Below are positions 26,140 through 38,560 of a stretch of DNA of 64,000 bases, in pieces. Source of the stretch: Isurus oxyrinchus. Taxonomy: Eukaryota. The stretch lies in the NCBI GenBank assembly GCA_026770705.1, contig JANJGN010000031.1, positions 992,001 through 1,056,000 of the forward strand. Reading direction: 5' to 3'. Below the pieces are notes generated by a model, which ran no database searches, was not told where the DNA came from, and saw only the letters and a program-made list of their open reading frames with translations. Positions within the stretch are counted from its first letter, which is position 1. Every line of letters begins with the position of its first letter. Position numbers and translations under genes: made by a program.

Positions 26140-26444
26140 CTCCATCACTTGCAGCGTAGTAATACATCACTCTGTCATCGCAGTCTACAATCAGAATTTT
26201 AAGAATTTATCTTTTGAGTTAGGGTCTCAGCACCTCGAATCACGTTTCCAACTCAGCCTTAAAAGCCAGTTCACTCCCAGATACGTTCATCACCACAAGC
26301 TTGAGGCCCTGTGCATGGTACTGGCGGTACCAGAGCATCCTGATATGGTGGGTGCCATCCTGTTGACATTTTGTGTTGTGTTGTCCCCTCGTCCCGCGGC
26401 CATTTGTTTGGGAACCTGAGATACTGAAGCACATCGAAAATAGT
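26140..26444 (-). pseudogene. TRBV: TCR-beta V exon pseudogene (V26)
   Basis: TTCAG| acceptor, then YFRCASVSQVPKQMAAGRGDNTT[frameshift]KCQQDGTHHIRMLWYRQYHAQGLKLVVMNVSGSELAFKAELET*FEVLRP*LKR*ILKILIVDCDDRVMYYYAASDG. One frameshift, three stops, and the second Cys reads TAC (YYCAAS-like ending). Confidence 0.88.
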
Positions 26445-26880
26445 CTGAAGCGGGAAACAAGGCACAGCATTCAGTTAATGCAGCAACATCAAAGAAAAGT
26501 CTGGATAACTCGGGTTCCGGTATATCAAAGAACATTTTCTAATAAATGAGAGCTTAGGAGTTAGGCAGCACATGAGGCAAAGAATTCAGCCCATCGTGTT
26601 TGTGACAGCTATTTGAAATCCAATCAGTCCCAATCCTCGAATGTTCTCCTGTAAATTTAGTTTTCAACGCAATTTAATCACAATTATTTATTTCTTTTAG
26701 AAAATAGAAAAAAAATCGCCTGGTAGAATATACATCGGTTCCACAACCAAATATTTGAATATAATAATTTAATGCCATTCTACATATAAAAAAATAAATA
26801 ACCTGAATGAATGATGTTATATACAGATCATTAATTATATTTGCTGACGGAACTAAGTTAAAATACAATAAAAACAGCGA

Positions 26881-26924
26881 TTGCAAGTTCGTTAACACCG
26901 CATGAGCAGGAGACTCAATTCCAT
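26881..26924 (-). pseudogene. Decayed leader exon of V26
   Basis: ATG GAA TTG AGT CTC CTG CTC AT[-1]GCG GTG TTA ACG AAC TTG CAA (MELSLLL.AVLTNLQ). Donor not recognisable. A CRE/decamer-like motif lies ~95 bp upstream. Confidence 0.5.
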
Positions 26925-27018
26925 CTTCCTAGGAAATGTAAGGTAATGGCCGGCAGAGGGAGGAGGAGAAAGAAAATATAGAGCCTATTGTTGAGGACAC
27001 CCGTGAAACGTGTGGAAA

Positions 27019-27028
27019 TGGCGTCACA
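27019..27028 (-). promoter_or_regulatory. TRBV promoter decamer/CRE-like motif (TGTGACGCCA)
   Basis: Resembles the conserved V-beta promoter CRE decamer and lies ~95 bp upstream of the putative V26 ATG. Confidence 0.45.
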
Positions 27029-30000
27029 GATAATACAGATCCCCCTGTCTGAATGCTACGAACGGAAGAAAATTATTATGCTACGGAAATGATTCAAATG
27101 TTTTGATTTCTACCAGCTTCTGATCTATCTTATCTATGATAGAAGTGTTTTGGATATTTCAGGTCCGAAATGAAAGCTAAATACGGCATGCTGGAAATCT
27201 GAAATAAATTTCGGGTTCTAAAGAGGAGCTTTTTTTTTAACAGGGGAAAGTGCGAACGCAGTCCTCCACTTTTTCAGTCGCGTGTCCCGCATTTGAGGAC
27301 ATCGCAGGCGTCAGCACACCCGGAGTGCAATGAGGTAGCCTCATCCAGGGAGCGCAATCTTCATGATTATTGTTTCTCCCTTGCCATGTAAGCCTCATTA
27401 GACTCAAAAATGTAGGCCGTACCTTCCGAGCTCCGCAGTCTGGAATTTCGGTGGTACCCCAGAAATGCGCTGGGAAACCCGTCCCGGAACTTTCAGAGAA
27501 AGGTTTCCACTGCAATTGCCCAGAAGTGCAAACTTTCTATGAGCTACTGCCCTGCACCGGGAACCAACGTAAAATGCGATTTATTCGCAAACTTCAGCTG
27601 GTTCTGGCTGGGTTAGACAAATAGTCAGAAAAAGTTGGGAGAATTAATACCTCTTCTAACTTCTGGGTAACGATACCAGATGCACAGAACACACCCACCC
27701 GCTCCACGTGACGATCCCCCCGCCACCGAGCTTCCAGGAAACTCCCCCCCCCCACACCAAACGCCCCAAAACCCCAGCAACCCCCGCGAAACTTTCGACA
27801 AAACCCCTACGCGTTATTCCACCCCCTCCCCACCCCCACCCCCACCACCACCCGGCATCGCATGGGATTTCACCAAATCCGGCCCGATTCGGTGTTCCCC
27901 ATCACTCCCTGCGGGCCCGACGCCCACTTGACCCGACACCCACCATCCAGACGCACCCCGCCCTCCACCGCCTGACCCGACCGGACACGCACCTCGCCTA
28001 CGCAGGTCTTACCCCCTTCTCGACCCGGCAGGGCGTCAGCCTCGACCACCGACGCCATCCCCCGTGGAAAGCCAGCTCTCCACCCGACCGCTGATGCCCA
28101 GTTCACGCCCTACATTTCCTAATGTACAACACCTTGCCCACCCTTGTGTCCGACAAAGCCTCCCAACCCAGCGACTGCCCCTCCCCATGTCCAATGTCCA
28201 CTACCCTCCGATGTCGGCAGCCCCCACACCCCGCCAATGTTCGACATACTCCACTCCTCCCCCGATGTCAGACCCTGCACCCCCAATATCCCTCCACCCC
28301 TCCTTTGCCCCCATCTATCGCTGAGCTTCTATCCAGCTGCACCTGAACCACCCCCTTAAACAGTATAAATATCATCACATTTCCACTTCAGCTCTGAAGA
28401 AGGCTCAGACGGATTGTAAACATTAACTCTGTTTCTCTCTCCGCAGATGCTGCTAGACCGGCTCCATTTTAGAAGTTGGTCGAAATTTCCAGTTGATGCT
28501 GGACATTACCTACAAACCAGATGTACAATATCCAACTTCAGTTCTTAACTTACTCCGATAAAGCAGGTGTTATCAACAAATAACCGGCATAGTAAAATTA
28601 GCTTGCAGTTAGTTAAGAAACAACATGATTATGAGAACATCTAATGCCAATAAATATTTTAGTCGATAAAAGAACGTTGAACGGCTTTTGAGAACACGTG
28701 CAGATTGAAATAAATTCCGGTTGTTAAATATTTGATTGCTTTATTTATTATTGCTCGATAACACTATGAACAAATAGCACGGTACAGTTTAGCTAATAGT
28801 TTTCCTCAAAGCAAGATCCCAGTACAATATCTAGAAATATTCCACATATCTCACTCGGGGCCAGAAACTGAGCGGAGGCGAGCCAATCTAGATTCGTGAC
28901 TCAGGGCAACGGGCGATGTAATGCCTGAACCAAGCTGATTATGGGTCATAGGCAAATAGCAACATCGGCGCCTGAAGTCCGGTAAGTAAATAGAAAGAAA
29001 AAGAGCCTACGTTTCTGGAGAGCGTCTGATAATCTCAAGGCAAACAATGCGCTTTCCAACCAGAGAAGGAATATTTGGAAGTGTAGACAATGCTGTATTA
29101 TTTGGATGCTCCACTGTTATATTGGCCTTTTGGACACTTGTAGAGCAGACAATATATTTTCTAACAGCTCTCGTGAGAAATGCTATGTCCAGCTGGGAAG
29201 GCAAATTAAGATATAAAAACAAAAAACGGTGGATGCTGGAAATCCAAAACAAAAACAAAGCAAATTAAGCCTCGGTTGAATTATTTCCTCACTACTGACC
29301 CTCAAACGATTTAAGCACGGACCATCTGACAGTGCAGCGCGGCCTCAGTAGAGACTCTCCACAACTGCATCTTCCCCTTAGTTTTGCACTAGGCTATCAA
29401 CGTAAATTATTCACCAACATATTGACTTGGGACTGTGTGTGCACACTGAATGACAAGAGGGATAATTGACTTCTGTTATGAGCCAGAGACTTGCATTGAC
29501 ATCCTTGGAGCAGAGATGGTTAAAGAGAGATTTAGCAGAATTGTACCAGAATTGAGGGGCATCAGTTATGTGGGGAGACTGGAGAAGATAGTATGCAAAA
29601 TAATGGGAAGATTTAGCACTTAATGCGCATCTGTTCGACAGAGAATTTATGCATAAATTGTTTCTGCTGGCAGGAGAAGTCCGTTTGACCGGCACTCTGT
29701 GCACTATATTAAACATTCACTCTCTCCACCACCGATGCAGAGTGCCAGCAGTCTGTTCCACCTACAAGATGCACGGCAGCAACTGACAAAGTCTCCCTCG
29801 ACAGCACCTAACAACTCGCGACATCTACCTTCCAGCAGGAGAAGGACAACAGAGACATGGGAACATGAAAGTTCCCCTCCAAGCCACACGCTATTATGGC
29901 TTGAGATTAGACCCCGGCTCCCTCACTATCACTGGTTCAAGAAGGCGGCTCACCAGCAATACATTTAGGAATGGGCAACAAGTGGTCCCTTGTCAGCGAC

Positions 30001-32276
30001 GCCCACATCCCACGAATTAATTTTTCAAAAATATTCGTAGGCAGAGAAATCAGAATCAGCATGGTTGGTAAAAGCAGCAGGGCACAGGGGGAGGTGGTGA
30101 CGTAGGTGACGTTTCTGAGTTAGGTATCCAATAGGCACTGTCTAATTCTCTGGGAACTGTGTTCAAATACTATGGCAGCTCGAATTTTGATTTATAAAAA
30201 TCTCTTTGGAAAGGAGATGTGCCACTTTTACCTGGCGTACGTGTGAATCCAGGTCTACAGCGACGTGTCTGCGTCTTAAGCTTCCCGCTGAAATGTACTA
30301 TTAAACCACTGAGTTCAAGGGAAATTGGGATGGGCAGCAAAATTTTATCTTGTTCGCGAAGACGGCATCGCATCAAAATATTTTTAAAGGGATCAGGGCA
30401 ATTAATTTCAATCGATGTGCTATTGCAGTAGAGGAAGCGAGGCCTGAAAGTGCGACGGAGACAGATTGAATAGCAATTTTCAAAAATGAATTGTATGAAA
30501 CATTTGAAAACCTAATGCAACGCTATTGGGAAAGAGAAAGTGCTAAGAATAATTGAATAGAGGGGCGAAAATTAAGGTTCTCGTTTAAAGATACTTTACT
30601 AACAAATCTAATAGGGGATTCAGATGCAATCTCTACCTAAGGAGTGGTGAGAATATATAACTCACTGCCACAGTGAATTGATTGTGCCGAACAGCATAGA
30701 TGGCTTTAGTGGAGAAGTTAGTTAAGGATATGAGGGAGATGAGACTGGACGAGTCCTGATACGGTAAAATGAAGAGGATTAAGATGAGATTTGTGTGAGA
30801 ATATTGAATAGCTCCTTCAAAGCGCCGGGCCCGGGCTTAACTGTAAATGACCCTGATCTGTGCGCTATGATTCCATGATACATAAAAGTGCCTCCCTGCT
30901 TCAAGCAGAGGAGGTTTAATTTCCCATCTGAGAACAGAGTTTTAAAGGGTTAATTTTTTCGCAGTGTTGAACTCTTGGATGCTTTGAAAATTGTTCAAAA
31001 GACAGCTACAGTCTGATAGACAAATGGTTTAACGGTTTTCAACAAATGCTTAAACCGCCATCAGGAGCCAGGTGTGCCAGTGAGAAATGAATCTGGACAG
31101 GTGTCTCAATTTTGCACTGTGAATCAACTGTTCCTCTTTTAACGGTTCTAAGATTACTTATTTCCTGTCTGGATAGATTTGCTCCTCTTAGAGCAGAGAA
31201 GTCAGGGCAAATTTGAAAGAGGAGTTGAAAATCATGAAGCGTTTTGATAAAGTAAATAATGAGACATAAAGCAGGATGGCCGTTCACCAGGAATTTAAAG
31301 TAAATCCATAAGAACCAAAATGGGGACATACGGACATAGGAGCAGGAGTGGACCATTCGGCCTCTCGAGCCCACTCCGGCATTTCACCAGTTCATGGCTG
31401 TCCTACTTCAACGCCACTTTCCCGCACGATTCTCAGATTCCTTGATCAGTACGTCAGTGGAGATCAGTAGAATCATTCTCTACAGCGAATTACTGTCACC
31501 TGGAATGATTCTGCTGGAAAGGGCTGCGGAAGCAAATTCGATAGTAACTTTTAAAAGAGAATTGGAGAAGTATATGAAGCGGAATATTTGCAGTGCTATT
31601 GGGAACGTTTCAGGAGTATGCGAATTGATAAGTTAGCTCTTTTGGAAAGCAAAGGCAAGCACTATGGACAGAATGGTCTTCCCTCGAGCGGCATAATTTT
31701 ATGATTCTATGATAATCAGCGCATCTCTGGCCGCCAGTGCAACAAAGGGAACACCGGCTGGGACAACCACTTCTTTGGATGTAATGGCCCTCTGAAAAAT
31801 TCAAGGTCACAATCAGGAGCTTTGTGTAATTCCTTGCCAAACACTTCCGTCCGTTCTTTCAATAGGAGAATTAATCCATTTCCCCAACTCGTCACCTGCT
31901 CGGAAAATTCAGAGATTATTTTAACGCAACAGTGCTGCTGAATTATATTAATTAAAAATATATTGATGTAATCTGAAGCGAAAAAGAGCAAGATGGTGAA
32001 TCAAGATTAATAAAACGCCAATCATGATTTATATTATTTACTTAAATGCTGGAATATAATTAATTACGTTAGGTAGGTAAATAGATATTTTGATAGATGA
32101 GAGCACTATGACAGTTGAAATCTTGATAACAGGTAGAAAATTAGTTCCACAGATAGATAGAAATTAACATAAAGAGGCAGGCAGACAGATAGTTAGATAC
32201 ATACAGGGAGACAAAGATACTAACAGACATACAGAAAGATGGATATATCTACCATAGGTTTTTATGATCCATTTAG

Positions 32277-32313
32277 GGTTTTTGTTGAGCTCCCCCATCT
32301 CTGCGTCAATGTG
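32277..32313 (-). other. RSS of V32 (21-bp spacer)
   Basis: CACATTG (32307-32313), 21 bp spacer, perfect nonamer ACAAAAACC (32277-32285). Confidence 0.85.
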
Positions 32314-32609
32314 TTTACTCCAGGCGCAATAATACACAGCCGAGTGATTGGCCCACAAGCTGGTAGTCTCCAGGTAAGAGTGGGTGTTGTCGGGTTTTCT
32401 GGTGGTGAATCTGTCCACCTCATCGGATGGAGTGACTGTTCCAATGTAGGAATAAAAAAGGTTCTGAGGCTCATGGCCAGGATGCCATCGGTACCAGTAG
32501 AAATTGCTGCTAGCATCTGCTTCCGTGTAAAGGCACTCGATGCTGACTGGAGTGCTCGGGGGACTAGATATGTAAGCGGGAGACTGTTAGACATGCACGT
32601 CCGCAACAT
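32314..32609 (-). pseudogene. TRBV: TRBV30-like V exon with a single in-frame stop (V32)
   Basis: TTACAG| acceptor, then VADVHV*QSPAYISSPPSTPVSIECLYTEADASSNFYWYRWHPGHEPQNLFYSYIGTVTPSDEVDRFTTRKPDNTHSYLETTSLWANHSAVYYCAWSK. The only coding lesion is TAA at 32587-32589. Confidence 0.93.
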
Positions 32610-33161
32610 CTGTAAAGCAGAGAGTGAAAAGACAAGTGTTTACAGTGACACCCCTTGAGGGAGCACAATAGCAGGTTGAGGAATAGAGGAGACGAGATTG
32701 ACAGCAGGAATTTCAGGAAGCCATTTAAGTATAGAGAAAGAACGAAAGCCAGAGAAAGAGAGGGAGGGCAGAATCAGAGACAAAGGCAAATAGAGAGAGA
32801 CAGAGAGAGAGAAACAAAGAGAGAGGTAAAACCAAGAGCATTCGATAGGACATGAAAGGAATAGAGTGAGATAGAGTGAGAGAGAGGAAACAGACAGGGG
32901 GGCAGGGAGACAAGCACACAAAGGAAGGATCAAATTAGAGAAAGTAATAGGCAGAGAGGTAGAAAGGGAAAGAGGTAGAAAGAAAGAGAAACAGAATGAC
33001 AGGGAGAGAAATACAGAGTGACAGACAGACACATCGACATACAAACAGAGGCAAAGGGAATCCACACTTTCAAGATACGTGAATAAGCTCAGGAAGGGGC
33101 TTAAACCCTAATCAGGGCACACAGGGCAATAAAAATGAGGTCATTGACAGTTCCACCTTAC

Positions 33162-33204
33162 CCGGTAAGATCAGCAACACAGCCCAGAGTTGAGATACAG
33201 ACAT
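33162..33204 (-). pseudogene. TRBV: TCR V leader exon (V32)
   Basis: 43 bp, MSVSQLWAVLLILP+G, donor G|GTAAGG, phase 1. Confidence 0.88.
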
Positions 33205-33361
33205 CTTCTAAGGGTAAAAGGCCGGTGGTTTCAATGCAGAATATCTCAAATTCTGGGCGCTAAGTGAATTTACTGCCGCCTACTCCAAATGATACAATGT
33301 GTGCTTGCAAGGGACAGGCTCCTTTTTGTTCGATGACTCCGACACAGGACATGTTATTTCC

Positions 33362-33427
33362 GGGGCGGAGTTAATGCGGAACACTGGATATTTACTTTTC
33401 GCACTTTGATAGCAGAGTCTGACGTCA
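33362..33427 (-). promoter_or_regulatory. V32 promoter: GC box and perfect CRE palindrome
   Basis: GGGGCGG at 33362-33368 and TGACGTCA at 33420-33427, about 160 and 216 bp upstream of the leader ATG. Confidence 0.55.
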
Positions 33428-34047
33428 GTTTAACCCCGTAACGTTTACACTTAGTCTGAATCATTCGTTACCTTCCCAGTGAGTGACAGATTTTAATCTG
33501 AAGACAACCAATGAATTATACATTTTGCTTTCTCCCTATCTCTGCTTTCTCTGCCTGTAGCCAGTACTATGTCTGAGTCTAGCTGGTAGCACAGTGGGTT
33601 TCTTGCTGGTAGGGTAGCATTGAAGATTAGATTAATGATCCATGGACATGAGGTTAACTCCCAATCCTGACAGCAGATTGAATAAAATCTGCTATAAAAA
33701 GCTGGTATCAGTATTCATGTTCTTGGAACTGTCGAATTGTCGTAAAAAAACGTCTTGTTCGCTAATGTCTAGTAGAGAATTAAATCTGCCATCCTTACCT
33801 GATCTGACCTCGACGTTCCTCCGGATATAGCCCAATGTAGTTGACTAACTGCTCTCTGTGAAGGTGGCTCTCTACCGATTTCTCGAGGACTAAATAAAGG
33901 ATAATAATCGTTGAACTTGTGACTGACACCGGCATCCCCTGAATGAATTTAACAAAAGTTCTTTCCCTTCTCATGTTCTCAATAAGTTTGTTTCTGCCCT
34001 GAGCCACATTCCCGCCTGCATCGTCTTTTCCCCATTTTGTCACCGTG

Positions 34048-34295
34048 TCAGACGCAGTAATTCACCCTCCAGTGCACCCCCCCCCACCGACCCCCCACCC
34101 CCACCCCCTCCAACCCCCTCACAGCCTGGACGCTTGCACGTGGAAGGTCGAGTCATCGGATCTCGAGGCGATGAAACCGTCCAAAGGGTCGATGTTGCCG
34201 GAGTTGGGAGAGTGGAAAACGAGAAAGAACTCTTGATTTGGGAGATGGTGATACCAAAAGAACCCGGAGCCGTAGGCTCCCGATGCAGAACAGGA
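34048..34295 (-). pseudogene. TRBV: TRBV30-like V exon remnant lacking acceptor and FR1 (V34)
   Basis: SCSASGAYGSGFFWYHHLPNQEFFLVFHSPNSGNIDPLDGFIASRSDDSTFHVQASRL*, a G-rich run, then CAC TGG AGG GTG AAT TAC TGC GTC TGA (aligns to HSGVYYCAW of V60). It is followed by heptamer-like CACGGTG at 34041-34047; no nonamer at 23 bp. Confidence 0.82.
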
Positions 34296-34381
34296 ATAAG
34301 AAGGAGCACAATGGGAGTAAAATTCAGGAACATGACATTTGCAATCAAACTGCTCCATTGCACTGAAGGGGGGAGATTCAC

Positions 34382-34424
34382 TGTGTAACAGCAGCGCAGA
34401 TACCAGACATTGAGTGAAATGCAT
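34382..34424 (-). pseudogene. TRBV: TCR V leader exon (V34)
   Basis: 43 bp, MHFTQCLVSALLLH+A, donor A|GTGAAT, phase 1. Confidence 0.75.
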
Positions 34425-35874
34425 TTAAAAAGTTTAGAAGTTTTCACAACAGAAACAGAGTCCTGGTGGATGTGCAGTGTCTTTTTGGAACCACAATTCT
34501 GTTTGAGTGACAGCTGTAGCCCGCTCACGCTAAGCCCCGGCTTCTAAGCGTCTGATGAACATCCTAACACCTCCACCCCCATTGACCCCTGTCTCTCCAA
34601 ACTGTTGAAGCCACTGAACCTGGTACTATTCTGTTAAATACACCCCCCTTACGTTTCTCCTCCTTTAAGGAGATCTCAAGCTTCTCAGATCTCAGATGGA
34701 TGTCCCACAACCCTGACACCAATCTGCTCTATCTCAACTGCATCTTCCCTGGAGCCTTAACATCCTAATGGAGAGTTCCCAACTTTGCACACACAATACT
34801 CGAATGAAGCGTGAGCGGTACTCAAAAGAGGAGGAATGAAGGGGAGGTTTATTTAACGGAATGGTACCATGGATGAGTGGCTTTAACAATTTGGAGAGAC
34901 TGGAGAATCTCGTGGGCTGTGGTGTTATCGAGTAAGGATTCAGCAATTGTCAGTCAGATTGTAAGAGGCACAGGGAGATTGTCTATCCATATCTAAACAT
35001 TAGAACATATCTAATGAAATTCTATAGCAAGTCCGTTCACAACTGAATTTTTACAAAACATGGGGAACATGCGTCAGTCCGAGAATATCGGAAAGATTCA
35101 TGGCGGCAACAAATCGATTGCAGGCTTTGCAAAGTTCACTTTAAATCCGGGTTTTTGATTGGTAGTGTGTCAGATCTCTTTCTTAATTTTCTTTCTTTCT
35201 CTCGCGTCCTTTTCTCTCTGTCTCTTCCATTCTCTACGTCCCTTATTCCCCCTCTCTCTCTATATATCTCCTTCTCCGACTGTTTATCGTCCTCTCTCCT
35301 TCTCACTTACTAAAGAATTTCGTAACCCTTTTCGGAATGTCGAGAAGTTAGGGGCTGCGGTGGAGCAGACAGATTTAAGAATGGCAGGACATAAATGACT
35401 ACGTTCTGTTGGACAGTTGCAATAAACATTTAAAAAGTGCTATGTAGTGGTAGCCTTTAACTCAAGGCATTGGAAGTATAGATGGGAGGGATTTACGAAA
35501 GTTTTTATAATGCTCTCGGTAGATCCCGCGTGGAGTGCTGTGTTAAGTTCTGGCTCTCTGTCTCTACGGCCCCTTCTTCCGACTGCTAATCCCACTCTCC
35601 TTCCTTCCCCTCATCTCCCTCTCCTTTTCACACTCCCTCTCACTCTCCCACTCCACTTCTTCATCCTTCCCTCTTCTGCTGTTTCCCTTGTACTTTACTA
35701 TTTCCTTCCATCAGCTCTCTATCCTACCACCCCTTCCTCAATCCTTCCCCTTATCTTCCTTTTTCTATTCTCCTTTACCCACTTCCACCCGTGATCATTG
35801 TCTCCATCCAGTTCATCTCCCCACCCTTCCTCTGTTCCTCAAAACCCCTTTTCTCTCTCCTTCCTCTCACTCTC

Positions 35875-37965
35875 ACTGGAAATCCCAGGTGGTGGCCCAT
35901 TTGTTGCCTTCACCCTTCTCGGTTGTAGAGATCATGCATTTGCAAGGTATTGTCAAAGGAGCCTTGGTGAGGTTCTGCAGTGCATCTTGCAAATAACAGA
36001 AACTGCTGGCACTGTGCCTCTGTTGTGAAGGGAGTGGATGTTGAAGGTGGAGAATGGGGTGCCCATCACTGGGTGGGATTGAGCATCTTGAGTGCTGTTG
36101 GATCAGCACTCATCCAGGCAAGTGGAGGGTATTCCATCATACTCCTGACTTGTGCCTTGTACATGGCAGACAGGCCGTGGGGAGTCAGGAGCTAAGTTAC
36201 TTTCCGTGGAATTCCCAGTCTCTGAACTGTTCTGGTAGCCACACTATTTATATGGCGAATACAGTACAGTTTCTGGTAAATTGTACCCCAGGATGCTGAT
36301 AGTGGGGAATTCAGTGATGGTAATATTATTGACTATCAAGAGGTGATGGTTAGATTCCCTTTCTTCGGGATGGTGTTACCTGGCACTTGTGTGGTGTGAA
36401 TGATACTTGCCACTTACCAAGCACGAATATTGCCCAGGTCTTGCTGCGTATGGGCACTGACTACTTTAGTATCTGAGCAGTCGTAAATGGTGTTGATAAT
36501 TGTGCAATCATCGGCGAACATCTCTACTTCTTACCTTATGATGGAGGGAATTTCAATGATCAAGCAGCTGAAGAGCCTAGGGCACTATCCTCTAGAACTC
36601 CTGCAGGGTTGTCTTGAGACTACGGAATGACCACCAAAATAGCAACCATCTTCCTTTAGACCATAACACATAGGAGCAGAAATTAGGCTATTCGGCCCAT
36701 CGAGTCTGCTCCACCATTCAATCATGGTTGATAAGTTTCTCATTCCCATTCTCCCGCCTTCTCCCCATAAACTTTGATCCCTTTAACAAGCAAAAACCTA
36801 TCTATCTCGGTCTTACATACACTCAATGACTTGGCCTCCAGAGCCTTCTGTGGCAATGAATTCCATAGATTCACCAGTCTCTGGCTAAAGAAGTTTCTCC
36901 TCATCTCTGTTCTAATGGGTCTTCCCTTTACTCTGAGGCTGTGCTCTCGGGTCCTAGTCTCTTCAACTAATGGAAACATCTTCCCCACGTTCATGCTATC
37001 CAGGCCTTCCAGTATTCTGTAAGTTTCAATCAGATCCCCCCTCATCCTTCTAAACTCCAACGAGTTTAGACCCAGAGTCCTCAAAAGGTCTTCATATGTT
37101 AAGCCTTTCATTCCTGGGATCATTCTCGTGAACCTCTGCTGGACCCTCTCCAGGGCCAGCACATTCTTCCTGAGATACGGGGCATGAAATTGCTCACAAT
37201 ATTCTAAATGTTGCCTGACCAGGGCCTTATAAAGCCTCAGCAGCACATCCCTGCTTTTATATTCTAGTCCTCTCGAAATAAATATCAACAACGCTTTAGC
37301 CTTCCTAACTAGCGACTCAACCTGCAAGTTAACCTTAAGAGAATCCCAGATTAGGACTCCCAAGTCCCTTTGCACTCCAGATTTCTGAATTCTCTCCCCA
37401 TTTAGAAAATATGCTATGCCTCTATTCTTCCTACCAAAGTGCATGACCTCACACTTCCCCACGTTGTATTCCATCTGCCACTCCTTTGTCCATTCTCTTA
37501 ACCTGTTTAAATCCTTCTGCAGCCTCCCCGTGTCCTCAATAATACCTGTCTCTCCACCTAAGTTTGTATCATCTGCAAACTTAGCCAGAATGCCCTCAGT
37601 TCCTTCATATAGATAATTAATGTATAAAATGAAAAGTTGTGGTCCCAACATTGACCCTTGCAGAACTCCACTAGTCACCGGCCGCCATCCTGAGAAGGAC
37701 CCCCTTATCCCCACTCTCTGCCTCCTGCCAGACTACCAATCTTCTATCCATCCTTTGTGCTAGATATAATTCCAACCTGTGGAGAGTTTCCCCCTGATTC
37801 TCATTCGGCCCAGTTTTGCTAGGACTCTTTGATGCCACACTCCGTCAATTGCTACTTTGATGTCAATGGCAGGCACTCTCACATCACGTCTTGAGTTCAG
37901 CTCTTTTATCCTTGTTTCGACTAAATTTGTAATCAGGTCAGTAGCTGAGCGCTCTAGCCTGCACG
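35875..37965 (-). mobile_element. Second LINE family (CR1/L2-clade-like), host of the 36658-37750 insertion
   Basis: Reverse-complement homology to 39235-39847 and 41320-41705 (MEYSP.AWMSA region). Confidence 0.7.
36658..37750 (-). mobile_element. Relatively young 5'-truncated CR1 LINE with an uninterrupted 324-aa RT C-terminal ORF
   Basis: ORF 36740-37714 (SGVLQGSMLGP, KFADDT, RRNFFSQR). Flanked by TCCTTT at 36652-36657 and 37751-37756 (putative TSD), inside another LINE. Confidence 0.92.
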
Positions 37966-38213
37966 TAATCGAGAAAGGGAGTGTGTGAAAAGTAGCAAGA
38001 GTGTGAACCACAGGCTGACAGGCGAGACTGAGAAAGAAAAAGAAATGAGAGACAGTGTGAATGAGGAGGGGAGAGACAGAGAGTGTGAGAGAGTTGGAGA
38101 GAGGGAGGCAGAACGATGCACAGAGAGAGAATAAGATAAAGAGAGGAAATGTAGCTAGATAAATGGAAAGCGGCAAAAACAAAATGTGCTACAGAATGAC
38201 AGAGCGACAGATA

Positions 38214-38447
38214 AACACACACAGACAGACACAGGCACTCTCTCTCTCTCGCACACACACACACACACCCACCCGCACTTTCTCACACAGACATACACAC
38301 TGTCACGCACACACTCTCTCTCTTCTACGCACTCACTTACACACACAGAAATACACCCTCTCTCTCTCTTACACACACGTCCACTCTTTCTCTACACACA
38401 CTCACACACACCCTCTATCATACAAACACACACTTACACACACACAG

Positions 38448-38478
<31 letters not shown>

Positions 38479-38560
38479 CTCTCTCTCACACACGCACCCA
38501 CACACACACACATACTTTAACAGATACCACCCTCTCAAACACACATACACACACGCACAG
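38214..38560. repeat. Compound (CA)n/(CT)n microsatellite
   Basis: Direct inspection. Confidence 0.95.

Noticed and set aside
27680-28359. Overlapping proline-rich ORFs
   Set aside because: C-rich low-complexity repeat interior that is open in many frames.
28490-28670. Plus-strand LQFLTYSDKAGVINK resembling TRBV FR2-CDR2
   Set aside because: A single short motif among many stops; not supportable without an HMM search.
31115-31121. Isolated CACTGTG heptamer
   Set aside because: No nonamer and no V or J coding sequence adjacent.
32893-32903. GACAGGGGGGC resembling the conserved TRBD core GGGACAGGGGGC
   Set aside because: No flanking heptamers or nonamers; it lies in the GA-rich V32 intron.
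34379-34385. Perfect CACAGTG on the minus strand after a CAAV-like reading
   Set aside because: It is the leader/donor junction of V34; no nonamer at 12 or 23 bp.
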